Positions 44,953 to 59,184 of a stretch of DNA of 64,000 nt are shown one piece after another. A program made the position numbers and the translations under genes. Below the pieces are notes generated by a model. The model made no database searches. It saw only the letters and a program-made list of their open reading frames with translations, and was not told the origin of the DNA. The stretch covers positions 23,578 to 87,577 of the forward strand of contig ADNK01001665.1 of the NCBI GenBank assembly GCA_000320545.1, written 5' to 3'. This stretch comes from Bigelowiella natans CCMP2755 (taxonomy: Eukaryota; Protista; Cercozoa). Positions within the stretch are counted from its first letter, which is position 1. The number at the start of each line of letters is the position of its first letter.

Positions 44953-47628
44953 CATCGGTATTTTCCCGGCTATTTTGCTGTGATATAGTAGTAGTAACTG
45001 CTGCTGGTGACAACGCCACAAGCTTAGAGGAAGAAGAAGAACCAGTAGGAAGAGGATCACTCGTCGTCTAAAGGTGATATTATAAAATAAATAAGCAAAC
45101 AACTTAAATCATTAACAACGTCAACAAATAACTAAATCTATTGGAAAACGAAAGGACTCTGTTGAGAATCATTATAAATTGTGTATCAAGATAGCCTCCT
45201 TGACAATGAAGAAAAGTAACAAAAGGGAAAAAAAGACAACAACCAAATTATCAATGGCGTTTGATACCAATACAATGAAGATATTATATATGAATATGAT
45301 TACCGGAAATACAAGAAGGATTCTAGTCCCAGTGTAATTGGCGATGATTTGACAGGTCGCAAGGTCCATTTTGAGTCGATTTACAGCTGCAGCTACAGAT
45401 AATTGCTGAGTATTCCTACTGCTGCTGCTGCTGGTGGTGGTGGTAAATCTACTATCAGCGAGGGCGGATGACAGAAATGTCTTCTCAGTCAACTCAAACT
45501 GATGCAAAGGTGCTGCTGCTGTTGAAGTAGTGGAGGGAGATATGCTGCTTTCAGCATTATTATTTGGCAAATCACCTCCACCTCCACCACCACCACCACC
45601 ACCAGTAGTAGCTGCTATGGGAGGAGAAGGAGAAGGAGGAGGAGGAGGACTCTCACAATATTGGCGAAGGAGAACGCAACTCATGATTGCTCCTATAAAA
45701 TCCTTTTCTTCCTCCTCTGAAATCGTCACTATCGTTGTATCTCCACAGTGGTGGTCATGTTTCTTGTTCTTGTCCTCCTCCTCCGTTTTGTTGTTCTTCG
45801 TATGTTTCTTCTCCCTCTTCAGATATAGGGAAGCGAGTGCACGATACAAGCTATTACTACTTCTTCTTTTCATCATACTCTGGCTTTGAGTTGGTTTCTT
45901 TTCTTCTCTGATAATCCACCTACTGTGAGACTTAAATGTGAGATCACACATTCTTCTTCTGTCGTAAAGTGCTAAACTATTATGTAAATTGTTCTCTAGA
46001 ATAAGCTTAGATGGTCGTGATGACATTGTGTACTCGATGTACTGCTGATCTCGTTTTGGTGAAAGAAATAGTCGTCCTGCCCTCCAACCTCTCTGTCCTC
46101 CTCCTCCTCCTCCTCCTCCTCCTCCTCCTCCTCTTCCTCCGTGCACTGTTATTATTGTTTCCCGACGCAGATCTTTCCATATTTTCCTAGGAGGTTCTTC
46201 TTCTTCTTCTTTTGATCATTATCATTGTGATTATCAGCTAGAACCCCGTGCTGCACTCCACCAATCTTCTTGTCAAAGTCAGCTTTGTTGTCCATCGATA
46301 CGCTCAGCGATTTGATCACGTGGTGGATCACAGGTTCAATCTTTAGGATCCTTTGCCGTATTTTTTGAATAAATGCACGCGACACAGAACGATTGTTATC
46401 AATCAACCGGCAAAAACCGCGTAGATGTTGGCTGTATGGCCCACTTGGAGCTTGCAGGATTTTAGGAAGCTTCGTCTTTCTCCACCGTGTGTGCAGTCTC
46501 TGCACCAGAAGATCTGGGAATCCGTCAAATTTCTTGCTGATCTGCTCCAAGAATTCTCCTCGGATTTTGAATTCATCACCTCTTCTCTTGATTTCATCAC
46601 TTCTCCTTTCAGCGGAAATCTCCCGAAGCTTTCCGATAAATCTTTGCATATGCTGTTGGAGAGAGAGCACAATGTCATTCTTCATCACAATTTTTATTTC
46701 CCGGGCTAAAGAGAGTTTGGAGACGCAGAGTTTTTCAGTCCTGCCATCAATATCAGCAAGAAGGGATCCTGTGCCCCCTCCTCCTCCTCTTCTCCCACCT
46801 CTCAATCCTCCCTTGATGCCACCACGCTTACCACGAATGGGCTCACAGCAGTAGTCTCTAAAGAGTTTGGTAAGCGTTTCGGAGAACCCCTTTTCCCTGG
46901 TCTTCTGCAATCCTCCTCCTCCTCCTCCTCCTCCTCCTTTCTTGTGGTAACTACTACTACTACTACGATGTTGGCGGGTGGTGGTGTGTCTACTAAACAA
47001 ATTCTTAAGACTCTCTTCCACGCGGTCCCTTACAACATCAATGAGCAGTTGCTTCAGATCATCGCCTTGTTTTGTCCTAAATCTTTCGATAGTCACACCC
47101 AAGCTTGAGACAAACTTGTCGTCAGCAATCTGTAGTAAAGGTCCTAAGGCAACTTGAAGCTCTTTCCCATACACGTTTGTGCTGTAGAATATTCGTTGCC
47201 CGTAGTCATTGAAGCATTTTACCAGTCTATCCCTCACACCCTTCCTCTTTTTCTCTCCAAACCGCTGCCAGGCTGCTCGCACAATCTGCAGCACGTCATC
47301 GGTGTAGAAAAACTGCTCATGAGCTTCCCTGGACGCGACCATGCTTGGATGACTCGCAATGGCACGATACACAGCCTCTACGTTGAGTTTGCCCTGAAGG
47401 CAATCCTTGACTGTGTTGTTAACTTCGGTGGGAAGATCGATTTCAATTGAGGCGTCAGTCTCCGTATTGTGATCTAGTCCTGCACGTAGTAGCGACTTCA
47501 ACTTTCGGATCATTCCACCAAATTGGTTTTTGAGGTAAGCTGCCTGTGAGAAGCCTCCAAGCATCTTCATCAGGTCACGTCCATTGCTGCGTATCCTCGC
47601 AACAAGAAATTCCTCCAAGCGATTATCA

Positions 47629-47662
<34 letters not shown>

Positions 47663-48094
47663 TAGCATTATTCCTCCTCCTCTCAGGTGTAGTACCAAAT
47701 AATGTAAGGGGGTTGTTCTCCGTTATAGCAGTTCTTAGGGTTGATGCAAGGTACGGTCGACACAGGGCAAACATGAAGTGATCATCAAACATCTGCTCAC
47801 GTTGCTGCTTAGATAAAGAGCATCGTCTTAGATCGTCCACGATCTTCGCCTTGGCGTCCTTAATCATGCTCTTCTCCGCAACCTTGTCACTCTGCATTGC
47901 GGTCGCCAGCTGTGGCAACAGGTTGTTGTTGTGATTATCCTCCTTAGACTCCCTTATATGCTTCGGTGTCTTGAGATCAGACTTCTCTCGACAGCCGAGA
48001 ATGCTGAGATGTGTATCACCGTGCAACCAGCTTTGCAGTACATGGTTGCGAAAAACCTCCAGAACAGACTTACTGTTGGACAGGTTCTTGTGCC

Positions 48095-48128
<34 letters not shown>

Positions 48129-48544
48129 GTAGGTGTCATCATCATCATATGTACTACTACATCAAGAAGAAGAAGAAGAAGAAGAAGAAGAAGAAGAGGA
48201 AGAGAAAAGGGAGGGGGAGGGAAGGAGAGGTGCTCTTTGTACCCAAGACAAAGCACAACATTTGTTGCATTCTGAAGAGAAGCAATGAGCTGCTCGTTCT
48301 TGAAGGGATCGGTCTCATTACATCCTGGTGGATCAACTATGCGAGTTGACTCTAACACGGCACAGGGGGCATAAATATGCAGCGATTTGGCAAGTGAATT
48401 CACTACTGGTTGTCGGAGTATTTCGAAGATGCGATCTCGCACATGAACACGGTCGGAGACGATATCACCACCCTTTCCAAGCACAACGTACACATTTCCA
48501 AGCTCAGCCTCCACCTTTGGGTCGAATTTCACACCCCCCGACTG

Positions 48545-48576
<32 letters not shown>

Positions 48577-50586
48577 GTGAGTATGAGGATGGGAGATACG
48601 TATCCTCATCGTCGTAAATGTCATCCTCTTCCACCCCAGTAACCATGGAGAGGAGTTTCACCATGTAGAGCCGGCGCTCGTCCTGCTCCTTCTCAAGCAA
48701 CCCAGCACGCCATTTCTCCAGCTGGCCTTTCCAATCGTACTGCGTCAAAAGGGTCTCCACCTCGGTCTTATTTGATACGATGAGCACAGCATGGTACAAC
48801 GAAGAGAAAGAGAACACTGTTTTGAGGGAGGTGACAGAACCAGAAGCGTCACTATGCTTAACCAAGAAAGGGATCTGCGGCTTCATATTGTTATCTCCAG
48901 AGTAGAAGCGAAGCATCCTCTGCACCTCCTCTCTCTCGGCTGCTAAAACCCTGGTCTCCTTCAAAATGTTGTTCTCATTGAATCGCTTCTGTGCAACACT
49001 CCTCGCCTGCTCGAAGTGCTTGTCCACAAGAGCATGTGCATCATCCTGTACATTCTTGGCGTTGTTCCTCTTCATTCGGTTGCGTTTTCGTTTTCGATTA
49101 TTGTTAGTTCCTTTTCTTCTATTGGTATTGTGATGAAGCATGGCCTCTTCCAGCATCATCAGTTCTCCAGGTAAAACATCATCTATGGGTTTATTGTCGG
49201 GTCGATTTGCCTTCTGATACCACTCTTTAGAGTACTCCGAAGTACGAAGAGCTTGGTCAAGTGCAAAGCTTTTCCCTATACGGCTCTCTCCAAGAAGTAC
49301 GACCTCGTTTTGATGCTGCTTGAAGCCCTTCAAAAGCTCGGTAAAGTCTATCGACACTGACCTGTGATGAATGATTACATGGAAGGGGATGAGGGCGAAG
49401 AAGTCTTATTATTAAACACATTATTCCCATATTTTACGTAGACTAGAGATGGGATGAGGAGAGGGATGATGAGAAAGAGTCTCTTGTAATAGTACACCTT
49501 ATGTCAGATGTTAGCTTCTGCTGGAGGGGTCCATGAGCTAGCGCCTTGCTCGCCCCAATGGATACGATTAGCTTTAACTCGGTCTGTAAATGGTTGAGTA
49601 TCTCGGGCAAAGGCTTCTGAGTTACATCTTCTTGCGTTAGTGACTCTTCTTCCTCGGAATACTCATCCTCAAACTTCTCCTCAGCCTCGATCGTTTTTAG
49701 TTTTTGAACGAATGGAAGAAGATACATGTTATATGCTGTTCGAGTTGTTCCGCGCTTAAGATTGGATTTTGGGTAACCTCGTCTGAACTTCTTAGTGATT
49801 TCTGTCCAATCAGCATCAGAGAGCTCCCGGCCCCAGATTCCATGTGTCTTACTAGTGGTTCTTCTGTTGTTCGAGTTCCTTGCTTTCTCTACGATCTTAT
49901 GGAGCTTGAACCAGTCCCAGGGTTTCTTCATATGTCTCTTGCTGTATTAGTTTTAGTAGTAGTAAGTAGGTTTCATATTCAAATGAGTCGCATCCTTAAA
50001 AGCCCAACTACTATTCATCATGAGATAATATTGTGTAGTAGATACAGCGACGGTAGGGAGAAGTCATTAGTCAGACGCACCCATTCACAACAACAACAAC
50101 AATAGCAACAGAACTACATAATAATATCATCGAGATATCACTAATCCTCCCCAGTTACTACTACAACTACTTTTTCAGCCTTCGAATACGTTCGTTGGAT
50201 TCCTCATGGAACTCTTCCAACTGCGACAAGAACATCCCTTTCTCATCACCCTCTTGTTGTTGGTATTTTCTTCTATCTGGATTATTCTCATCATCTTTAT
50301 CTTGCTCCTCATCCGACACTAGATTCACGATGTCCCTCTACAAAGATGGTTAGTTGTACTGATCGTGATGGTAATGGTGGTCGTCGGTGGTAGAAATAGT
50401 AGTGGTAACAATCGATCAAAGGAAGTTCCTGTGATAGTGAAGAAAGGCAGGTGAATTGGTTATTACCTTAACGTCGTCGGAAGATTCTGTATCACTTTCA
50501 GTTTCTTCGCATACTTGCTTCACGTGCATTCTCGGGTGTTCCGACTTGGGAGATCTCGGTCCGTCCTGAGAGTGGTTCTTTTCATT

Positions 50587-50669
<83 letters not shown>

Positions 50670-50708
50670 CTTTTCAGACATTCTTCGCCTTTTCTTATGT
50701 CTTTTCAT
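43336..50708 (-). CDS. Large predicted nuclear protein: ARID + dynamin-like (NUGGC/SLIP-GC-like) GTPase + helical region + two OTU-like domains
   Basis: MKRHKKRRR N-terminus; ARID-like FLSQLEEFHEE...KPWDWFKLHKIV...WTEITKKF...AYNMYLLPF; P-loop LLGESRIGKS; LHIYAPCAVLESTRIVDPPG; GCREKSD; OTU-like SNSLYRALA and NECAVQGI...IDLQMAAMFLQLRIIIV...IYLGYMGRFDY; C-terminal PKRRRV. Confidence 0.7.
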
Positions 50709-51015
50709 CTCCTGGGTCTCCTCCTTTGTATCTTTTTAGGAAGGGGTTGTATTATGAGGGGGAAGAGCTTCTCTCAACTTACTTCTTCGCGAAAAAATAA
50801 ATAAAATTAAAATACATGTATGATAAGAATCTCTAGGGAAAAAAATGATCTGAACATATCCTAATAATATTATTTATTTCAACTAGGGTGCTCTCTGACT
50901 AGCTCTACAGTTTTTGGGAAAAATTACATTATCTAAGATATATTAGTATCAATATTTTATCTAAAATTACCCCAATTCAACAGCTAGCGAGCAGGAAGAA
51001 AAAGAACCCCTCCCA

Positions 51016-51835
51016 ATGATGCATGGGGTTCCGCTCTTTCGTTCGTGTACTATATGGGCCACTCTTGTCCTGGCGATGATAGGAAGGGCATCTGCAACCA
51101 CAACTACGACGAGGATAAAATTTCCCACCAGAGGTGCCATTATATCACCGCAGCCTTTTGCTAATACTGATTTATACGTGGACCCACACGCACACACCTC
51201 ACTAACTCACTCACTCACTCACTAATATGTCGTTGTTCACAGCTTTGAAGGCTTCTAACCAGCTAATGAGGAGCAATTTTGGATGCAGGTCTGCAGCCAT
51301 AACCTCACAAATGATTCCGCTGCTGACTCTTCAATACTTTGATGAATGATACAAAGCGGTGAGTGGAAGACCAAAATGCCTCGCTCAGTCCTTATACTGG
51401 CGTCAAAGAAGGACCAGCCGAAAATTGATCTCAAAGCCATCCAAGGTTTGTGACTGGAAAAAAGTATATTTGAATTTGGAAAATCCCCGTGAGTCTTGAG
51501 TAAATCGTTTCTTCTTGCTTCTAAAGAGCGCATGGAAAGAGAGGCTCCTGGATTCATAGCAAACGAGCAACCGCCAGTACTATTACTACTACTACTACTA
51601 TTAATACTACTCCTTGGATAATATCTGTTGAATTAGCAATAATCACAGTTCCAGCTTGTGTTAGTGTCAAATTTACAATTCAATTCCCAGCAACGAGTAC
51701 GGAGGGAAGCTGCTATGAATGAAAGCGTGATATCAGGCGTTCGAGGTGAGGCTTGCCCGATTCATCAAACGTTAAATTTATGATGTTCCCTGATCACGTG
51801 TCCCATACTGAGCATCATGTCGTTGATTAAAAAAT

Positions 51836-51874
<39 letters not shown>

Positions 51875-52096
51875 TAGCCGGGATCGTGGTTATCGTCTGT
51901 TGTATTATGTACGCATTATTTCTTGCTAACGGCGATCTCAAGGTTCTAATTCTGACACAAACTGAAATGGAAATGATGAATATCAAATAGGAATTCGGTA
52001 ACATCTGAAGAATATGAATTCTATTTCGCTTCTTATTTCTCTACCCAACTAATTCTTCTCATCAGCTACCTTCTTGGATTCAGGATTTATCTTAAG
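51016..52096 (+). CDS. Hypothetical small membrane protein (signal-peptide-like N-terminus, C-terminal TM)
   Basis: MMHGVPLFRSCTIWATLVLAMIGRASA; later segments WKTKMPRSVLILASKKDQPKIDLKAIQ and GIVVIVCCIMYALFLANGDLK|LPSWIQDLS*. Splicing only partly resolved. Confidence 0.4.
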
Positions 52097-53114
52097 TATT
52101 TTTAACAGCCAAATTTGGCACGGACGCCATTGATGAGAAAGAATAGATTGTGGCGCGTGCTAGCGTGTGTACATGCATCAGAACCGAATGCATGCCATGT
52201 GCATAGCTCTTTCGCGTAATAGCAGTAAATTCCAACGATTTTCGATAATGTACTATCCATGCCTAAAGTTATGCACAAATAATGTGTATCCGTTCACGAT
52301 TATTTCGTGCTATCTAGCTATGCTAGTATGCGCATTATTGTCGTATCGCACTGCCATATATATAGAACGTAGTGATGCACGTCTGCTCTTGCTGCATGCA
52401 TGCTAGCATGGCAACGCGTAGTGATGTAGCACTTCTTATTAATCTACACACATATATAAGACGCATGTAATGAAATCTTTAAGTTTTTTCAATAGTCATC
52501 CTAATGTACGTAGCTGTGCAATGCAACGGCTACAGCGCTCAAGTTGTATCTGTTTGTTTCCTTCTACACACACATTTGCATACATATATACTATATTTTA
52601 TAGCGCATCTAAGGATGTTGATCTAGCGCAGAGCAAACATGCTCATGCTAGCATGCTGCAGCATGCATGCAGCACCATGTACAGCGTGTCTCGGATGGAT
52701 CAGAGAGACTAAGTTGCATAGCGATGGCAAGCTTGTTGTTTTGTGCTTTCTGGCTGACGCCTAGCGTTGTTGCTGTACTTGCTAGCTAGCTAGACAAAAT
52801 TTAGAGTGTGTGCTCTGCCAACAAATGCACTAGCAGAGCGCACGTGTACCGTCTAGACCGTACATTTATCATTGTCTATCAATGCTGAGCAAATTGCACA
52901 CTGTATCCGTCATGTAAGCTGAAACAGTTTTGCGATTGAAGTGCCTGTGTGTTAGCCATGCCATGCTGGCATGCTAGCATGTATGATGAGATATTGTGTT
53001 CATCATCCCCATGCGCACGAGCATGCTCACTTATCGTTCTTTGCTTTTAATTGACTAAACATGCCATTATTATACCTGCCTTTATTTACACTGCTAACGT
53101 CTCAATTTCAGCTC

Positions 53115-56100
53115 TCAAGTCTTCTTCGATGAACTAGCATCCCGTGCTGCGGCTTTTCGCTCCTTCTCAGTAGTTTGCCTGAGAACGAGCTCAACTCGCA
53201 TGTTGTTCGGAAAAAGTTTGTGCTTTTCATCCTTACAAGCCTCATCAATCTTGCTTTTGGGCAATATAAATCGGTAAACTTTGGTCCGAGTCCCTCCAAT
53301 TGTGCACAGAGAAGCAGTCGATAGGCGTGAAGAAGAGATGCGTGATGATGAAGATTGGTTCCGCCGGTGATGTTTTGAAGAAACAGATGGTGGTCTCAGC
53401 AGGTTAGTTGTGTTACGTTGATGTTTTAAAACAGGCCGAGATCTCAGCTTCCTTTCTCCTCCATCTGCTGTAACACCACCCTCACTGGTAGAAGTAGCAG
53501 CAGGATCACTGCTGTTGAAGTAGCTGTTATCATCATCGTCGTAGTCGTCGTCTTGTTCTTCTTCAGCAGCGAGAAAACGAGTATTGAACCAAAAACGAAA
53601 CAATTTTACTGGCTTCTGTCTTAAACCTACTTTTGGTAGGAATCGAAATTGCAACAAGATGTCGTTGTCCACCGTGACTATACCGTCTACTCCAGCAGTG
53701 AAAAGAACGTAATCGAGACCTCTCCTCACGTCACAACGGACCCGACCACGTGATATGTACTCGCGTGCAAGTAAAGCGCCTTTACCCTCTGCACGTTCAA
53801 AGTCCTGTCGCACCACAAACCATAGGTCTACGTCATCAGCGGCGGGATGTTGCTGAGAAGAAGAAGGATTGAGCGAGTAAGCTGCCGACTTGACACATTT
53901 AGGTATGCCTAAGATTCTGATGGATATCAATCGTAATGGATTTCGAGTTGGTACGGTTTCTGGTGGTTGTCTTAAGTATTGATGAAAATAATGAACGTAA
54001 CGTATTTGGGATGGTATTGTGACTCCTTTTTGATCTTTTGTCCTTTTCACAGCAAATAAGCGTAAGGCTCTTTCCGCATCAAACCATGGATTGGTGTACA
54101 TAAGAAAGCAGGCTATCATAAATCCAGTGCGTCCTTTGCCAGCTTTGCAGTGAATGGCTATTACGTTCTTTGCATTGAATTTTAGCCAACAAGATGCTTC
54201 TTTCATGAAAATCTCGACGCAGTCAATAGGGCAGGGATTGTGGTCGTCAAAATCATGAACGCTGACTCTATCATGAAACTTGCTTGTAGCGTAACTGTGA
54301 AAGAAACAACGTTTATTTATGAAGAAAAAGAAGAAGAAGAAAGTGAATATACTACTACTATAAATTACAACTAAATAAATAGAATTATAGCTGCATGATA
54401 AAACATACAGTCGGTCTAAAGCTATTAACATCATCATCATCATCATCATCTTTTTGCAGTAACTAGCAACTTGTAGTTACAAATACTACATACCGTCTTT
54501 CAGAACATAAGTTATAAATCCAGTAATGATCTTTATGTCTAATCTCGAAGAATCGTTGTACATCTCGCATTGAATTACGATAATTTGATTCCATCCCTGC
54601 CGACACCACGTATGCACATGCAAAACACATAATAGTGTGAGTAATCATATTTTTCTTCCTCTTGATCTTTTCTTCTTCTTGTGTAATATGTTAAAAAGAT
54701 GTATCTATTATGACCTTCTGAAGGGAAACCCATCGCTATGAGGTTTGTATCGATGTATGTAAGATCAAGATCAAACTCACGACTATGGAACCGCCGTTTT
54801 TTCTTTGAAACTTTAGAGCGAATGACGTCGAGTGCTGATTTCTTCTGGAAAGTCTTTTTTCCTTCTCCTCCTCCTCCTCCTTTATCAGAAGTATTATTAT
54901 TGGACGAATACAAAGACTTAGGCGATGATGGTAAAGAATCTTGTTGATCCTGCTGGCGGTGCTGCTGTTTTTCATCATCGTCATCTTCATCAGAGCCTCC
55001 GTAATCCTCTGCAAGCTCCTCTACATTTTGGACCAAATACTTTGGGAAAGTACCCGATTTATCCGGTCGTCCTGCAATATACCCGCGCCATAACTTGGCT
55101 TTTGCATTTGCAGTGCATGAACCTTCTGACAATACGTTCAGGAAAGATGTGGGAATAGAGCAAAACTTTCTAGTATTTACAATGATAATACTCCAAGGGC
55201 CTTCTGTCCTCATTATCGTGACTACTTGGCCTTTGCTTAATTGAATATTGCTCTTGACGGATGGTTTGATAAGAGGCATTGTTGTTGTTGATGATGATAA
55301 TGATGATGATGGATCATAGTCTTCCTTAATCTCCCCTGTCTTTGTCATCATGCTTGGATCTTCAAATATCTCTAGATAATTATTAGGAACAATACCCTCC
55401 TAACAACAACGAGGGGATCGCAAATAATACGCAACAAAAGAAAGAAAGATGCGTCAGATCTCTGCTGCTATGTGCGTATTGCTTGCTTGTTGTTGTTGTT
55501 GTTGTGCGTGGTGCATATGATAGGATCGCCCCATTATCCAGATTCTGTAAGCAGCAGCAGCATCTGAAATCGTCGTCACTGCTACTAATACTAATACTAC
55601 TATCACCACTATCATCACCCACTACCACCACCACCACCACCACTACTACTACTTCTACCACTATTACCTGCTTTTCACCCACCGCATCAGCAGTAGTAGT
55701 AATAGTAGCACTGGATGAAGATGATGCTGGTGCTGCTGCTACTCTAGAACCATACCACCAATTTTCAAACCCAGACTTTCCTTCCTTGCCGAGTATGGTG
55801 ATAACATCATTTTTCTTAAATGGAAGCTCATTGTTGGCTGGATTTCCTTTGAATGTGTGCTTAGCCCTAGCAATTATACGACGATGATGACTCTCGTGCC
55901 CACCATCGGTTGGTTCTGTCGAGGTCACGACGATTATATCGTCATATCTGAATAATAATAATAAATAATAATAATAATAATAATACATGGAGAACATAAC
56001 ACAGAGCACCGCAGAGAAAAGAAGAATAAGAATAAGAATTAGAATAATAATTAGAATAATAACAACAACAAGAAGATAGGCTGGTAGGGTTAGAGATCAT

Positions 56101-57278
56101 TGATTGGAGGAGCAGGTGTATGATACTACTACTACTACTATATACCTGAAGTTTAATGATTCAAGCGATTTAGATGAATGATCTTTGAGCGCTCTGCACC
56201 AAATCTCTCTCTTGTTTATTGAAAAACGATGATGATGAGTTGGGGAAAGATAACCGGTAGGAGTTGAACATGATGATGATAATGCTGTAGTAGAGATACT
56301 ATTAAAACGGGAGGACGACAGCAGCCCCCCTCCCCCCACTTTTGGTTTTCTCTTGGTGTCATCGCCATACAATCTAGACTTCTTGGCTTTCTTGGAGGAA
56401 GAAGAGGGACTATCATCATCACCATCATCAGGGTTATTATTTGTGCTAAGTAGTTTCCTTTCTGCTGCAGCACCAACAACATTACTATTGTGTGATGATG
56501 CCGGAGATAATGGAGAAGATACTGCTGCTGCTATTGATGATGATTGATTAGTATTCTGATGATCACGAGGGCGGTGAGGAGAAGCTCTTCTAGGTTCATC
56601 ATCATCATCGTCGTTGCTGGAGCTTCTTACATGAATGATATTCAGTGATTTCTTCTTCTTCAATGATGGATTGGATTCTAACCTGTTTTATCACGCAAAC
56701 ACCGCGGATGAGAATGAATCATGAGTGAATGATGATAAGAATGAATCATGAGTGAATGATGATAGCAATAGTAATGATGATGGTAATGATGGTGATTAAA
56801 GAAGCTTATTATTGTTAAAGCTTATTGCGTTTTAAAGCATATGAAGAATATTTTGGTAGTAGCTTTTAGGAAAGAAATAAATACATGTTGGTAGTATGTA
56901 TTTGTTCGGCAGTAGTGAGTTCTCTGAGCGCTACCACTGCTACTATTATTATTATTGCTACCACTACTAACACTATGAAGAAACAGAAAACAAGAAAAAG
57001 AAGAGACGAACATATACCTACTGGTACATGGCTGTTATTGATCTACTATAACAATAACAACTACTAGTAGCTAGCAACAACATAAATAACAATAATAATA
57101 CTAACGAAGTAATACCACTGGCCCTCCTCCTCCTCCTCCTCCTCCTCCTCCTCCTCCTCGTCTTCTGGTACTCCCAAACCGATCATAGAATACCAATTAT
57201 TGGTTTCAAAATCAGAAGAAGCAGCAGGCAATGTTTTCAAGAACTGCACAGAAGGTGGCAGGCCTGAATAATACATTG

Positions 57279-57318
<40 letters not shown>

Positions 57319-57410
57319 AGAAACCAGACAGAAATGAGTCGCTCAGAAAAAGATGATAAGGCTGCTGCTGCTGATGATGATGATATTGATAGTGATGGCG
57401 AGGAAGAGTG

Positions 57411-57448
<38 letters not shown>

Positions 57449-57485
57449 TGAAGTGTTGTCCGTCCCTCTCTGCTTCGTGTTTAGT

Positions 57486-57522
<37 letters not shown>

Positions 57523-58780
57523 TGGTAGTAGATGGGTTATTGTACCGACTACTACTATTACTACTACTACTACTACTACGTGACATACTGAATAATGGGC
57601 GATGAGTGTTTAGATGAATCGTAGATTATTTCTCAGTAATTTACTAGTCAAAATGCATATGAATTATGGAGACAATCAAAGCACCAGCGATTGTGACATT
57701 TAAGCATAATACGAAGATAAAAAATACAATATAACAACAACAATAATAATAATGAAAAGCAGGTTGAAGTCTGTAAAGAACAAAACATTTCTCTGTTTTC
57801 TTTCACACGTATGTGTGTACGTGCTGGCGGTGACACTGTTATTACTACCTCTTTCCTTCACCCACTTCATCACGGCCTAATCATTACATAGTTGTATCGT
57901 AACAGATTAGAAACAATGATAATAAATAATAATTAGACCATAGGAGTAGTAGTAGTAGTAGTAGTAGTAGTTATAGTAGAGCTGTGAGTGATGCATCTGT
58001 TGTTTGGTAGCTCTATTTAATATACAACAACAACAACCTCCTGCTACTGTCTACCACTGCATAAATAGAAAAGAGCAGGCAAGTATTCCATATGTAATGT
58101 GATGTGATATGTGATGTGATGTGATGTTTCCATGACATGCTGCTGCTGCTGTAGCTCATTCCCTACTGCTATTATTACATACTTCTCACTTATTTCCTAC
58201 TAACTACCACTGCTGCTGTACTATATAAGAACTAGTAGATCCTAGTAGTAGTAGATCGTAGTAGATCGTAGTAGCCTAACCCTAGCCTCCAATCTGATTT
58301 TTTGGGTAGACTTGACGTGTGCTTCCCACTTGTTGGAATCGTTGGATTCCATTTGTGCTGCTTTTGTCTTTAGCTCTATGTACTTTCGCATGGAACGCTG
58401 CATTACCTTCAAGCGTGAGCTTTCTATTGAATTCAAGCTTGTCAATAAGAAAGGCAGGGTTTCATCCGTGTATTTCTGTAGAGAAAGCATCACATCTTCT
58501 CGAGTTTCTTCACATTTTAGTATGGCCTGGTGCGCTTTCTCTTTGGCATTGAGCAAGGTATGGATGAGGTCAGAATCCATTTCATTTCTATTTTCAACAA
58601 GGGAATTTACCCATTCTTGGCATAATAAAGGAGATACCTATAGAGAGGGAGGAGGACAGAACAAACAAACAAACAAAGAAGAAGAAGAAGAACAACAAGA
58701 ACAACGTATGATGATCATGATTATGCTTTAAGAACAACAACAACAAGAACAACGTATGATGATCATGATGATGCTTTAAG

Positions 58781-58812
<32 letters not shown>

Positions 58813-59153
58813 CGTATGGTGATCATGATGATGCTTTAAGAACTACAACAAGATTATGTAACGTAACGATGTACATACAGGACTGTAGGAAGAGAGGAAG
58901 AGCAGGCAAAGGAGGAGGGGGAAGGGGGGAGGGAGAATGGACAACTTCTAATTTACCAACGATGCTATAAATCTACCACTATTATTATCATTATCATCAC
59001 CATCATCATCATCATCTTCTTCTTCTTCTTAATCATGACGAGGAACATCACCATCATCATCATCATCATCTTCTTGATCATGACGAGGAACATCACCATC
59101 ATCATCACCATCATCTTCATCATCTTCTTCTTGATCATGACGAGGAACATCAC

Positions 59154-59184
<31 letters not shown>

